From Antedon mediterranea (taxonomy: Eukaryota > Animalia > Echinodermata): a DNA stretch of 64,000 nt. Shown one piece after another: positions 12,832 through 27,945 of this stretch. Made by a program: the position numbers and the translations under genes. The stretch is from the NCBI RefSeq assembly GCF_964355755.1, contig NC_092679.1:23791432-23855431 (forward strand), given 5' to 3'. Position 1 is the stretch's first letter. Every line of letters begins with the position of its first letter. Below the pieces are notes generated by a model, which was not told where the DNA came from, did no database searches, and saw nothing but the letters and a program-made list of their open reading frames with translations.

Positions 12832-15800
12832 ATGATGCTGCTTCGTTCTACATCTATAGTGCTGTCTCTGTTCATGCTCGTGTATTACTCTCGGTCGTCG
12901 GAAGCAGCGGGTAAGTTGTATTTATTACATTTGCCTTTTGTTTTTGTGTACGCTAGGTCTTTAGTAGACGTATACAAATTGTTTTTCAACGCGATATCGA
13001 GAACCATAAACCGTGGTTTTTTATTCATGATAAATAAAAAAAATTCTTTATCTTGATTTGTTGTTACTATTGTTTAATGATAAAAGAAACTAGTTGAGCC
13101 ATGGATGTCTTCCGTGGTTTAGCCTCCGGACCCATAACAGTATAAAATACTGACTGGTCGGCCGGTGCATCCATTATTCACGGCCGCCACCTATTTTTTT
13201 TTAATTGAGAGATGATCATCATGTACATAGATTAGATAAAAAAATAAACAGTGATATGTTAGTATAAAAATAATAATTAGGCCTAAAATTATAAAAAATG
13301 TATAGAAATAAAGAAGAAAAAGCAAAGAGACTATGGAGCGGCTATTCCGGAATAAAGTTAGTGTCGTCAGCGAGTAGGCCTACTTTAAGTTACATTTTAA
13401 GACTCAATGGAAATAAGCAAATTAATAAATAATTTTTAGGCTAAGAGATGTTTAATGTTAAGAAAATGTTTTAAGTTTTAAAAGTTTATGATTATGATCA
13501 GGGATTGTTGTGTTATAAAAGAACACATAAACAATAGCTAATTATACAAATCAATTCTAGACATACAAATTAAATTGCAACGCAAAAATAATTAATAATA
13601 AATAAAAATATAATCTCATAATCTTGCATCTCATGTTTGTCTGCTTTTAATGAATTTTTAAATCATTTTCAACACCTTTTTTAAGTGTTTGCTTGTAATC
13701 TTGTTCTGTACTTTTTTGTATATTGTTATTGAAATTGATTTTGACAAAATACATGAATGAATAATTAATAATTAAATGCATGTCGTTTAGCAATGTTTTT
13801 ATTTAAAAAAACATCAGTAAAAATTGACCTTTTAAGAACAATTATATATATAACAATAGGCTGACGTTTACAATGGTAAGGTACATTGTGTACAGAAATC
13901 CGTACAGGCCCTGTGGGCAAAAGCTACTGAGACTTATTGAGTTAGAGGCCTATGTTGTCATGACAATTATAATAGAGCCAATGTATTGTATGGATGTCAC
14001 GGCTGTTCGAACCATGCGGAGTGATATTATTATCGTTGAACGTACGTACTAGGCCTCCGTCAAAAGGACACAATTCTAGGTGTTAAGTTCAAATAATAAA
14101 ATATATTTACTTTGTCAGTACTGCACATAAAAAACAACACATTATGATTAATATTATGTGTAAACTACATGACTATTATGTGCAAACAACACAACTTTAG
14201 TTTACACAGCGGTAAACCAATCCCATCCGCCTGTTGTCGGCGCTAAACAGCGGGATCATGTGGGGAGGGGAGGGGGTCTTTGGCGATTTTCGGGGGGGGG
14301 GGGAGGGGGTCTTCAAATGTTTAAGCCTATGTTTAACACGGCGATGATACTTTGGTGAAGTCGGACAACAAACGTGGATATTGCTTTTTAATTCAATCGA
14401 TATACAATTTGGCGCTTCGCAATACCGGACGCTATTTTGTTTTTCCGGGATAGAAAAATGTCTAGACAAGATTTTGATATTGAAAAAATGAAGACGGGTG
14501 TTTTTTCATTACAAATGCTGCAGTCATATTATATTTGTAGGCCTAGACATTTTCTGGACGAGTATAGGCCTTACGGACTGTAAACTTGATCATGTATAAA
14601 CTTGACACTATAACTTCAAATAAAGACAACATCATTTTCGATCTACTAATAATTAAGCTTCTGATGCATCTACAAAAATAAGTTTAGAAATGACGTAATG
14701 CAGTTATGACGTAATGTGGTTACTGTTTGTGCACTTCCGCCAGCACTATTGGTGATAATTAAATTATTAACGAGAATTGTAATAATATAATCAGGGAAGA
14801 GTGAAATTCACTCTTTCTAGATTATTTAGAAATATTGGTAAATTTAAGCGAACAATTATGTATACTCTTATATAACTGTTTTTATTATTTATGAATGTAA
14901 TTATTACTCCCACACTATGCTAATGTTTTAAAATATTTATGTGAACTCGAGTTTGAAAAGATTAGCCTACGTAATTGGTAGGCTAACACCATAGTAAATA
15001 TGACAGTATTGTTTATGCCTCTCGCCTCATAAAATTCACGGAAATATAATAATTTGAAACTGACATTAGACCACAAAAGTGCAATATCTCCTCATTATAT
15101 TACATTGATGTACTTCAAAACTTGAAAGAGAATGTCGGTTGTATGGGATATCAAATTAAATATGAAAACGTGATAAAGACTTAATTATATGGCTGGGGCT
15201 GGGGGAGGGGTGAGACACCGCCGTCACTACTTCCTTCCGCAGACCGCAGACCTGTAACTTTAAATGCTCAAGTTAAAACGTCACTGCATCGGAAGCAATT
15301 AATTAGTGTTGTTTTTCGACAGATGCATATCTATTTTCAGATATGATAACTGGTTACACAATGTTTCTGTTTTTAGGTCGAAAGAACAAGGGCCGAGTAG
15401 TAGTAAAACTTCATTTTAAACAATAACAACATAAATAATACGATTTTTATTTTGTTTTATAACTATGTATTTTGATAACTTCTTTTCCAATTCTGAAAAT
15501 TCATTCAGTTAAAATAGTAGGCCAGCGGAACAACAGTATAGCCTACGCTGTAAGGCCTATAATTACTAAATTAATGAAATCCTGTAGATAGACCACCGGT
15601 AAAAGAAATTATTTATTATTTCGCGCGTTATTTTCAATTCAAAGTTCGGATGACGTCATACGCTTGGTTGTTCTTTGCGTTGAGTCTTCGATGACGTCAA
15701 ACTTCCTGCTTATTGGCGTGTATAGAGTAGTATAGAGCGGTATCTGTTTGGAATTTCCAATAAGATAATTAACTAACACACTGGGAATGTCCAATATAAT

Positions 15801-18800
15801 AATTATACAATAAATATAAAATGATGTCAATAGGTTTACGTCGTCATAAAGACGGCTAAAATATCCCATTCAAATGCACCTTTAGTAACAGTGTTACAAA
15901 TCTATTACTTTCGATACAAACCTCGATGGTTTTTCCATAAATGATTAATTTACAAATTTCCAACTGGTGTAAAAATAATTAGTAAATCTACATAAATAAA
16001 AAGCTCAATATTCATTATTTCAAACAGAAAGGAGATACACAAACGAACTTTAAACAATGTTTCAATTGTTAGTTTATAGGATATTATTTGTGGGGAAGTT
16101 AATTTTATCAGTACAATCAAGAAGTAAGTTATACAGTAGTAATTTATTACGCGAATAATTTTCTAATCGGGCTTATGGGTTCGACGAGTGGGTGCTTAGC
16201 CTAATTTAACTTTGTTTAAATGTAGGGGAATATGCATATTATTAACGCCTGCGATTAGAATAATATTACGGGCAGGGATAACGTTACGGGTAAGCTTAAG
16301 CTTATTTCATTTTTGTCTTTTCTTATAATTTTGGATATGAAATCAGAAAAGTTTATAAACAATTTGTATTTTCGGACCGGGAATGTTGTGTACGTGTCCG
16401 TTATGACCAGTATGCATCTGCTATTCAACGTTAAACCTACTTTATCCAAATTCTATGTCTAAACGTAAACTTTTCTCTTTTCGGAGAAGGGTATGCTTAC
16501 TGGATGCTCTCCATCCAAGGATTACATGGCTGTGTAGTCGTGTGAGCTTTAGATAGACAGACGCGATTTTATTTCGTTAACACCGCTAAATTAAAAAAGT
16601 GAATCAAGGCCTACGCCGCGTGTAACGTACGCGGATTGGAACAGGATACGATCACAATTTGTGGGTTTTTATTTCGTTATCAGAGAACAATATACCGCAG
16701 GTAATAATTTAATAGGCTTACAGCACAGGAAAGTGCTCATAGTAAAGATAATTGCTGTAATGTCCACAGACTTTAAACATGTTTATTTAGAAAAACAAAA
16801 ATTAATATTTAAATTGTTTGCAGATGATGACGTAAATATTATTTATTTATTTCATAAATAATAAACGTAATCCTAAATTATTTATTTCGTAATCATTTCA
16901 GTGCGATTTTGATGGTAGAAATTTACTCCAGCAGAAATTATTCGCGAAAATATTTAAATAGAAATAGTAATTTTGTATTAAGTGTTTATAAATGTAGGCT
17001 ATCCACCTGCTTCCCGCAAACGCAGTAATCGCATCATAACCCGGGGTTTTTCATTACAAAAAAATATTTATTTATCTGCCGATCATCTGATTTTGAAATC
17101 ATATTAATAATATGATTTCACTTGCGGTACTTGGCTTTACCCCATGTAAATAGATAATGTACTTATATTTTCTTTCTACAAAAAAAGGTGTTTTTTTATT
17201 GTTATATCAAAATTTACGCAACGACAAAAGTAGACTTGCTTCAAGTCTGTAGTTATTTTTTTTTATGTTAGTCCACTAGTCGGCGTTTTGAGTTTTGTCT
17301 GAAAACTAGAGTTTACGAGCCCAAGTAGTATACGTATGAAACGCCACATGTGTCAAAATATTTATCGTTTTAATAATATTAAGTTAAACGACAAACGGCA
17401 AAGTAGTATTTAATCTGTATTTCACAGATTTTATTCTTATTGCATGAATAGAAATTAATTAAAATACAGTAAGTCTACTAACAAGTAAATTTTTAGATTT
17501 AGGAACCTCGTCAATCCATTTTATTCTCAAATGCCATTGCTAAAATCAGGTTAGAGTTTATACACTGTGTTGTGTGTCTAGGTATCAATTTGGATGCATA
17601 TGGGATAGAACAAAAACAATTAAATATATCAATCTAGGTGTCCCTAGGTGTCAAGGAAAGTATAACCGATATTTATAAATACGTGTACAGGTACTAACTT
17701 GTAATTTTATTTTTTAAATGTATTGTAGCTGAATTACCATGTGGTGGCACAAGTTACGATGACCAGCTACAAAGATGCTGTGGCGGTAACTTATACGAAA
17801 TCGACTTTACGATATCAAGCAAATGCTGTAAGTACAGTATACAGTACTTTTGTATTAACAAATTTAAATCCATACTAAAATAATAAACTTAATACTATTA
17901 TATACATGTCTGGTTTTGGTTCACAAAAAAACCTCATTAGTACCATTGAATATTACTTTGAATATTAATATTTGAATAGAAGAAATAACAAACAGCATGT
18001 GACACAAAATCAACCAATCAAATAACAAGAATATACTTTATAGTTGTGTTGGTTTAAAATGGATTAACCAACAGCATGCGACACAAAATCAACCAATCAA
18101 ATAACAAGAATATACTTAGGTGTGTTGGTTTAAAATGGAATAACCAACACCATGTGATACAAAATCAACCAATCAAATGACAAGAATATACTTATGTGTT
18201 ATATCATGGAGGACCATAAACTATAATTAATTATATATTATTAAAGAGTATAGTTTTGATAAAAGTGTTTCATTCATGATTAAAAACAAAAATGTAAAGA
18301 ACATTGAGGGGTCTATTGAGTACTGTGGTTCTTAAACAAAATTTGTGACAGATTTCAAATTTTTTTTAATTAGGCGGTAATGACCTAATTAACACACAAA
18401 CACACAAGTGTTGTGGTGGCAATGCCATACTGAAATCATCACACAAAGAATGCTGCATGGGCGAATGGATTGACACTCATACACGTGAATGCTGTTTTAA
18501 CAGAACGTATGATAAAGCAACAGGTGGGTCAGAATTAATCTTTATTTTTTCTCGTAAAGTGTATCTTTAGACAAAAATAAAAGTAACGTAATTATTATCG
18601 TCCTCAAGCTTAACAGGAAACTGAAAAAATCATCAGATTAGGCCCTTTAGAACCCTCCCACAGCGACTACCAAGATACCTACCAATGCCTCGACGTTCTC
18701 CAAGTTATCTACTTGGCCCAAGTTGCTTAAATATGGTGATCTGATAAGAACCAGTGTTTAACCTTGGTATTGCTGTATATGAGACAGGTGTTATGATCTC

Positions 18801-21800
18801 AACTAGGCAGACTGTTTGCAAGCAGGTGGTGCCATCATTATGGTTAATAAAGTTTCTATCACATTGCCTAAGCAATCTACCCACACTGGGGTGCAAACCA
18901 TTCAATACGGCAGTACCAGTGCACCAACGTTGAGACCCCGGTGTGAAAGGAGTTTTACTGTCTGAACGACCGAAGTGGATTAGCTTAAACCACTTGCTAC
19001 ACTCAGTTTCCCTCAGCCAATTGATTCTGCAACAGTTCTAGCTATGCTACAATAATAGAGTAAGACAGTTTCTTCAATCGTCTGTACCATGGTATTCAAA
19101 AAGCAGTAGTAGAAAGAAAGTAGCATGTAATTCAAACTCTGCATAGATTTAATATGAACCATTATGTCCCCTGTAATAAATCAGATAAAAACAAATTACA
19201 CTACAGTATGTAGGCTGAATCATGGCTCCCACTTAAGCTTGGTTCCCACTAGCACATAGCGCAAGGATGCAAGCCGCAGTGCAATTGACCAATCACAAGC
19301 GACAGTTTGAATAATTCATTGCTTTTGATTGGTCAATACCCTTGCGTTGCATCCTAGTGGCACAATACAACGATGTACATCGATGCAATGTGCCATAGGA
19401 AAATGACATTGCATATATAAAGCGGGAACCGACAACAAATAAGCATGTGTCGTAGATGCATCAGTGTCGCAAACTGAGGCAAGTTGAGCCGCTTGGGTCA
19501 ATTACGGAAAATCTGAAACTACAAAACGGCTAAAGCTCTGTATACACTATCAAACTATTTTGAGAAAAGTGTGATGTGCCCAAATATGGTAGTGATATGA
19601 CATCATCATTTTCATATATTGGCACATCACATTTTTTGTCACATAAAGTTTGAATGACAGTGTAGACATAGCTTTATTTGATATTTTATTAATCTTATTC
19701 TTGATTTTCTTTGTGGTGTGGATCTTTATTATACAAAATGTTTACATCTTAAATATTATATTAATCTATAATTCAGAAAGCTGCTGTGAAGGATTAGAAG
19801 TTTACAAACCAAGTATTCAAACATGCTGCGCAGACTACAGCTACTTGCCCTCCTTTGTGAAACATAAGGTAGTGGCAGGGCGGGGTGAATGCTGTAAACT
19901 AACAGACGTATATGACCCCGACACCCAAGTATGTTGTGGCGATGGTGATCAGGGTGTTGTGCAGTCCAGATACGATGGATTAAACGAGAAAACATGCTGC
20001 GGTTTGAAAACTTACAATAATGACAATGAAATGTGCTGTAATAAGGTATACTCATGCTTTGAAATGAATTTAACTAAAGTCTAAGGGGACACAATAAATG
20101 ACAGTGCACAATAAACTGACATAGGAATGAAATAAAAATTTGAGGGGGGGGGGGTGGATGTGGAAGAGGAGGATGGAAGGGGATAAGGGTGGGAAGGGGG
20201 TTAAAGATAAGGAGAGGAGATGTTTGCACTAAAAGGGGTCTCAGATATTTAACTACATTTTATATCTATATTTTACAAATATTAAATTATTAAACATTAT
20301 GTCAGCGTTCCTCTGTTTAAGAAATATTGGATGGTAGATGAGGGTGAAGACAATCTTTTTCATTACTTTCATATAACTTATTGAGAAAAAAAAAAAACAA
20401 TATTGCAGTGAAAAATGTATTTTACTGCAGTAACTGCAGTAGAATTATGATCATTTATTTCTATGAAGGAGGTAGTAGCATATGAAGCTGGCCAAGAATG
20501 TTGTGGTATTGTCGCATACAGTCCAGACACTGAATTATGCTGTGATAACAAACGACTGAGCAAAGAAAATGGCATGACAGACTGTTGTCGTAATATTAGT
20601 TACAATCGTGAAACACATCAATGCTTTACATCTACACCACAAGGAGTATATGATAAACGTAAGTATTGCCTGAATATACATCCTTCCTTTAAATAAAAAC
20701 CATTCCTAGGACCAGGAATAACATTGTTTTTAGATAGTCTTGTGACAACAGAGAGTGTTTTTCTACCAAACCACTACTAGTACTACTACTTTTTCAACAA
20801 TTTAAAAACTATGTGACCTGATAAATTTACAATAACCTTGCTGGCTATATAGAGGTCAAAAGAAAACAGCGCCGACATTATCGGTGTATGTTTCAATCAA
20901 ACAATGGCTCAGGTAATAATGTGCTTTTAAGAAGATTTGTGCATGAAGTGCTGTATCAAAATTACATATTTCATTTATTTATTTGAGGTACTTTAATCTT
21001 ACAGATGTTGCAATTTGTTATAATACTGCTTACAATTCGTACAAAGACGGTTGCTGCATCGTAGACATAGAAAAGAAAAGATATGGAAGAATTGCTCAAG
21101 GCATACCAGAGAAGAATGCTGTAAAAAAATGCTGTGGACTTGATAGCTACTTGGATAACACACACATATGCTGTAATGATCACCTTTATGAGAGGTCTTC
21201 ACCTGATGTGAGGTGCTGTGATCATGGAGAAGGTATATTGTAGTTATCAGAAGATTCACATTCTGCTGCTGGTTTACCAGTTTGGTATCAAAACCTTGTA
21301 TAGTATGTACCATTCAAAAACCTGGATGACTTACTAAAACATCATGTTCCGACCAAAACACACAATTTATTCTCTGCTTTTTTATTGGCTGTTGCTCTAA
21401 AAATGTTGCCATTATTTGCACAGTCCCCTTCACAATAAATTAAATTTTTAAGTAAAAAATGGATACACAGTTTTGATATAAATAGCAACAATATGACCAA
21501 CTTTAATATGATGCTATGACCAGAACAATTACCACCCAGTACCACTAACCACTAATACTGTACCTAACTAAACAATAAATTAATTTTACGGAATAATTTT
21601 ACTGTGGGGGTTTTCCCATTTGTTTTAGAGGGTACTTGCCCGATATGTGAGCAGTTTGAATCCAGAAGACATTTTTTTTATTCATACAACATAATTAAAA
21701 AGCTTTTGTTAATGAGTTATGGCTGATTATGAGACCATGTTCTAAAAAGGGCACTCATCTGTGTAGTTTTTATATTGGAACACTTGCCGATTGTGTTAAT

Positions 21801-24800
21801 GTAAATCCGATATGGTTAAATCAAAAGGTTTAGGAAAGAATTCAATTATTAACACATATTGTATTCCAGTTTTTCAACTAGGTATTCTATCTATTTTATC
21901 ACAGAAATATACAATACAGTAACTGATCTTTGCTGTAGTGGTAAACGCCATGTGAAGTGGGCAAACGACACAGAGTGCTGTGGTGAGAATACTTACAACT
22001 CAAGTACCCATATCTGCTGTGATAACAATATGGTTATCTCACGCGTGAATGGAGATCAGTGCTGTGGTGACAGTCTATACTGGTTGGCAACAGACACTTG
22101 CTGCATGGGTTATGGTTATGGAAATCAAGGTGAGCAAAGAGTGCGAAGCTGATGTACTGTAGTCTAAAGCTTGGTTTCTGAAGCAATTTTACCAACCAGG
22201 CCGCGATAGGTCATTCAAACTGTCGCTTGTGATTGGTCAACTCATTTGAGTTGCATCCTCATTATTTCAAAAAGTTTCTCTATTTACAGTTTCACATTTC
22301 TGTGTAAACGCTTTTTATATCCAACACTTATCCAAAGGCGTTTTTAGCTTCCTATAAACAAGGCATTTTTTTTCCAGGTATTTTTCAAACAAACATTTAT
22401 CCGAATCAAATTGGAAAATGTTGCGGCTATCAGATATATAATGATTCTCTGTCTATCTGCGACAATGACAACATTTATAAAAAGAATCATTCAAATGATG
22501 ATAGTGTCTGCCACCAGTATAATGTTGAAAGAACAGTGATGACCTATGACTCCAATGAAAAGGTAAAGAATTGAGCTTTTGTTGTGTTGCGTTGGGGTGC
22601 CCATACAGTACACTTTGTTCAGAGGTTTTTCACATCAACAATTCCTTCATTGTCCTTGGATATTTACATCGTCTGTATCCCTCTAATTGCAGGTTGACTT
22701 CTTCTCTGTGTTGTTTTAAAGTTATTTTCGCTTGTTTATCGATCAAATTATGTCGAGCAAAATTGATGCACTATTTGAACTTTTTTAACTCACCCGCATT
22801 GCGTCTCGAAACAATGCCTCTCATATTCCAGTCTGATATCCTTTACTATTATGCTATACCACTCTTTCTCTCCCCTATCAATAGAATATATTTATATTCA
22901 ACTGTTTCTTATAGAAATGCACTGATGGAGCAGTTACCTTAATTCGGCATGACAACAATCGCCTTGTATGTGCAGGAGAAATATATGACCACTTTAACGA
23001 GTATAATCAGGAACGTCATTGCTGTGAGGGTGGATCAACTCAAGCATACTTTCCAGACATTCAATCGTGTTGTGGAGGAAGTGTGTTTCCAATACCACTT
23101 GTATATAGCAAGTTAGTATTTTTAAAATGGAGAATCAATTAATATCAAGAAGTGATAAAATACAATAAAATCAAAATGCTCTGTCAATTGTAGATTTTGG
23201 AAGTCAATAAATTCCACTACAAATAGAAATGTGCAAAGACATAGAATACTGCATGTGGCAGAAAATAAAGTCCCCATGTCATTTAGTCGCGAGGGGCATT
23301 TATTCAAATAAATACGGTAGTAATATTTATTCAATAATTCATTTGTAACCTCCCTAACAACAGATGCTGTGGTACAACTGCCTACGATAACCGCACTCAA
23401 ATCTGTGCTGGTAGTCAAGTGTGCGATAAGATTGATAATCAGACGATACCAAAATCCTGTGGTGGACACTGTTACAATCCAAATCATCAATCTTGTTGTT
23501 TTGGAGAACTCATTGGGCCTGGGCAAACATGTTGTAAGAATGGGGTAAGACTAGTATTCTATAACGTTCTTTAAACTATAATTTTTTAATAAATAATAAT
23601 AATAATAATAATAAGTTATAGAAAAGATTAAAGCAGGAAGACCCTCCTCAAACCAAGTTTCAAATGCAGGAAAACCTTATCTGTGTTGAGGGTCCTAAAC
23701 AAATTTGAACTTATATCCCTTTATATACAGAATACATCTATGAAAACATACAACACTATAAAAAACATATCTTAATACACCAGCATACACTGGTAGTAGA
23801 ACTACTTTGTGACACCCCTACTGAAGCTCATTTCCCACTCTAAAAATGTAGGCCTTCATATGTTTTGCATTTAACCTCTGTCTACACTATCAAACTTTAT
23901 GTGACATTAAAAATATGTGTCCATATATAGACATAATGATGTCATATTACTACCATATTTAAGCATATCACTACCATATTTGGGAACATCACACTTGTTT
24001 TTGTTTGATAGTGTAGACAGAGCTTTACATCGCCATTCATGTATTGATACTCAATTTGTGCTATGTTGTCACTTGTAGGTATACCAAACACCAGGTACTC
24101 CATTGGGTTCCAAAGATTGTTGCAATTCTGTTGGCTATAATGCTGAAACTGAAATCTGCTGTGGTGGTTCAAAACTGTATGCTAAAAACTCAACAGGTAC
24201 GATCAAAGACCATAGAGGTACTATACAACTAGAAAGTTAGAGCGAAATGATAGGAATAGGGCAGAGACTCCACAAAATGGCTCCCTCATCTAAATCAGAA
24301 TCCATGTTTTAAAAAAAAATACCATACAGTTTTATACAGCCATATTCAAATGTCTCTCTCTTTTTGAGCTGTTAGTGTTGGTGTGTTTGAATTGATTCCC
24401 TAGTTGTGTTTTAAGCATACTTCTACTACTACTCAGTAGTATGGTTGGGAGTCGGGTTAAGCTGGGAAATCTGCTACATTCAAATGAGGTCCAGAGTTTT
24501 TGATGATTTGAAAAAGATTTCACAGAAAGTCCATAAACATATTGGTAGTTGATCATTGAAAAATTTTTTAACAAATTTGATTACTGCAAAAAAAAAAAAA
24601 TAAATAAACCACCTAAAAATGGAAAAAAAAATGTAGCCCTAAAATTAGGTATTGTAAAACACAATCATCCATCTAAAGCTCTGTCTACACTCTATCAAAC
24701 TAGTAAAAAAAAGTATGATATGCCCAAATATGGTAGCAATATATGAGAGCTTAACAGATAAAATGCTTAGAAACCAGGTTTTAAATAATTTGATTTTGTT

Positions 24801-27800
24801 TTATAGATCTGATATGTTGTGGTGAGCATCTCAAGAACATGAATGATGACATGACGGTCTGCTGTGACGGAAAGTTACTATCTACTGAGCACAACAGAAC
24901 ACTTTGTACTGGACAAGTATCCCACAATTCCACAGAAACTGTGTGCGAAGGTATACGATACCCTGTGCATGATGGTGTCTGTTGCGGCGAATACATCCTG
25001 AACACAGAACAAGAGGTGTGCTGTGAGAATAACCGATACCCAAAAGAAAAAGACATGGAGTGCTGTGGTACTATTCTCTTTAATTCGACTGAAGACAGCT
25101 GTTGTAAAACATCCTCGGAATTCATCTACAAAAAGAGTCAGCCATCGATGTGTTGTGATGTTGAAAACTATGACAACACAAAGGGTACCTGTTGTGGAGG
25201 TATCTGGTACACAGATGTACTCGCTGGTGAATGTTGTGGACCGAGAATTATCAGAAATCCTTCTGAGGAAACATGCTGTGGGGGACGAATTCACACAAGA
25301 GACATTCTTTATAATTTTCCACAGATATGCTGCAGTGGTGTAATGAAATACGCACAGCATGGTGATCACAGTATATGCTGCGAGGGCAACGTGATAGATA
25401 GTAGTCAGACCAGCTGCTGTAATGGTGAACTCATGATCAAAGAACGACAGAGGTGCTGCGGTGGTACTATACAGAATTTAGCGCATGGAAATGAACAATG
25501 CTGTAATGATCGACCTTACAACTCCAGATTGGACGCCTGTTGCGATAACTCGATAATAAATCTATCCAATGCCACTTGCGTTGTTGAAACATCAACTATT
25601 GTCGCTACCGAAACAACTGATGTACCAGAAATCAATAACGCAGAAACCAGCCAAACTTCTGAACTTTCAAATGACATTGCAATTATTGTACAACCTTGTG
25701 CGTCTAACGAAACTCACGGATGCTGTTCTGGATTGCCATTTAACAAGTCTGAGCGAGGATGCTGTGACGGAACAATATATCTGACAACCGAGTCAACCTG
25801 TTGCGGGTCAAGTGTCTGCGACCTGTCCAAAGGAACAGAATGCTGCGAAGAAAGAAACTACAACCCGGATGAACAGATCTGCTGCCTCGGTAAGCTACGA
25901 AAAAACAAAAAACATACGGCATGCTGTAGAAGCAGGACGTTCAACTATACAAGCCAATTCTGTTGCAAAGGTGTACCGATACCTTTAAACAAACTGACAC
26001 CAAAATGGTCAGAACACTGCTGTCCAGCGGGTCAAGCTATCAGTAATTTGACAAGGACATGTAAAGAGGTGAACAGTAATCATGCTGTCTTAATGGATGT
26101 CATCCTGCCATGTAATGCTTTCTTATTCTTTCTATACTTCTGGGGACTCTCCTAAAATTCCTTTCTGCAATTTTATAATATAAAATCAAAAATTAGGTCT
26201 AAGAAATATTATTTCTTCCATGTTAACAGATGATCTTACTACAGAAACAAATTTAGGTAGTGACAATATCAGGTGAGGTCAGCACTCATGGAACTAAATG
26301 CTGTAACAGATTAAAAAATACAAATAAAATGCATGGAATTACTTACTATGTTTGGCATTAATTGGAAACATTTATAACGACCGTTCCTATAATTATTTTT
26401 GTACATAATACTTTAAAATAATATAAAAATTAAAACAAGATTTTAAATTATATATTTACCATAAAAAATACACCTATTAATTACTAATTTTCCTGGTATA
26501 TGCCACTTTGTATAGCTTTCCCACGTTTTTTGCAACTTTACAAACAAATTAATTTTACTTTGCATATAGTATGTGACTATTTACCACTAACTATTCTACT
26601 TTTATTCTCTATGCAATATTTCATAAACTTATTATTAGCTTGTTTTTGTTTTCTTTTGCATACTAATTTCTGCTTATTTAATTTGATTTTTTGTTTAATA
26701 TAATTTTCCTTTATCTGTTTTAACTCATCTAATAAGCTTGGCTTACACTAGAACACAACGCAAGGACATGAACGCATCACAAGTGAGTTGACCAATGACG
26801 AATTAATTCGTCATTTGTGATTGGTCAAATGTACTTACTGTATGTTCTTACGTTGAGGCCCAGTGAGAACTGAGTTTAAGGGACCATGTCGAGATTATTC
26901 TACTACTAGGTGCTACATTGTTTGCTCTGTTGATATGCAATAGAAAGTTTTTTTTGGGTTAATATCACTGTTTATTGCTGTGATTGCCTCACTATGTATA
27001 TCACACAGTAAATATATCATGTATATTAGTTAATACAGTACCTGCAGTCAGTAGAGCAATTTATACATGATCCCTTACTTTCCTACCCTTTGCATGCAGA
27101 AAATTTATTTTAAACATTTTATTTTCTTTCTCTACTTCTTCCTAAACATACTTTTACTTTATAATTTTCTTGTATGTAATATGGTTTATTTTCCATATAG
27201 TAAAAATTCCACAGTATACTACCATCCACAACCACAGTAAATTAAAACACCTTTAATAAGTAGACAAAGTGGCCCCTTAAAGAGGATGTATTCCTACTTA
27301 TTTCTTCCACGGGAAAGTATCCCCTTATAGAATGTCGAAAAAGAGGGGTACTTTTACTGTTATCAACACCAACCCCAGTATGACCCCTGGTCAAACAACA
27401 ACAATACAAACTTGCTCAACGACAGGCTTGTGCATGTTATGCAAATAAATACACCCTCTGGTGGTACACAAGAAAACAGCACACAACACAACATTTTCAC
27501 AATACTATTAACTATGCTGTAGATAAAATTAATAAACTTATTTTTTCTTTTTTCCGTAGCCTGCACACAGTGCTCCAATTGTCCCCTAGATGGCAAGTGG
27601 AAACGAGCAATGAACAGTAAAAACGTTTTATTCAGCTTTGAAGTCGTATCGTGGAAAACATCGCACAAACATTTGATGATCAAAGTCGCAGATGTTCGAC
27701 AAATACAACCCAACAACGTAACTAACCACCAGAAACTAGACACAATCTTAATGCCCTCTAAATGCATGTGTTGTAATTTCGAAACAAATATACGTTATAT

Positions 27801-27945
27801 AGCAATGGTTAATACAGAAATTAAGGGTAGCGAATTTCGTCTTCGTGGAACAGACAAAATTGTGAAGACACAAATAAATCTTGAAGAACGTATAAAAAAA
27901 TATATGAGAAGAAAAGATTCTAACAGAATACAAAGGACTTATTGA
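12832..27945 (+). CDS. Secreted galaxin-like Cys-Cys repeat protein (~1,190 aa) with C-terminal NTR/C345C-like domain
   Basis: Phase-consistent GT-AG exons: 12832-12910 (signal peptide MMLLRSTSIVLSLFMLVYYSRSSEAA), 17729-17827, 18374-18523, 19777-20045, 20469-20658, 21005-21232, 21905-22129, 22378-22562, 22915-23111, 23364-23544, 24079-24196, 24807-26068, a probable micro-exon 26257-26272 (uncertain) and 27560-27945. There are dozens of CC(G)xxxY(D/N)xxxxxCC galaxin/usherin-type repeats, a Thr/Glu-rich spacer and many N-x-S/T sites. AATAAA at ~27993. Extra small exons in intron 1 cannot be excluded. Confidence 0.88.
17990..18195. repeat. Intronic tandem repeat of ~75 bp x3 (..GACACAAAATCAACCAATCAAATAACAAGAATATACTTA..)
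   Basis: Three diverged copies are visible. Confidence 0.8.
19534..19673. mobile_element. MITE, AGCTCTGTCTACAC family (PIF/Harbinger-like)
   Basis: Inverted termini with TAA/TTA flanks. The same family occurs at ~23875-24023, ~24678-24750, ~31435-31566 and 55543-55687. Confidence 0.75.

Noticed and set aside
15377-17549. Candidate extra small exons of the galaxin-like gene (~15377-15400 and ~17497-17548)
   Set aside because: The splice signals are plausible, but the phases could not be reconciled, and exon 1 joins the 17729 exon in frame without them.
24781-25922. Antisense and alternate-frame ORFs overlapping the large galaxin exon (and likewise those overlapping the cGLR ORFs)
   Set aside because: These are shadow ORFs of real coding sequence with no independent motifs.
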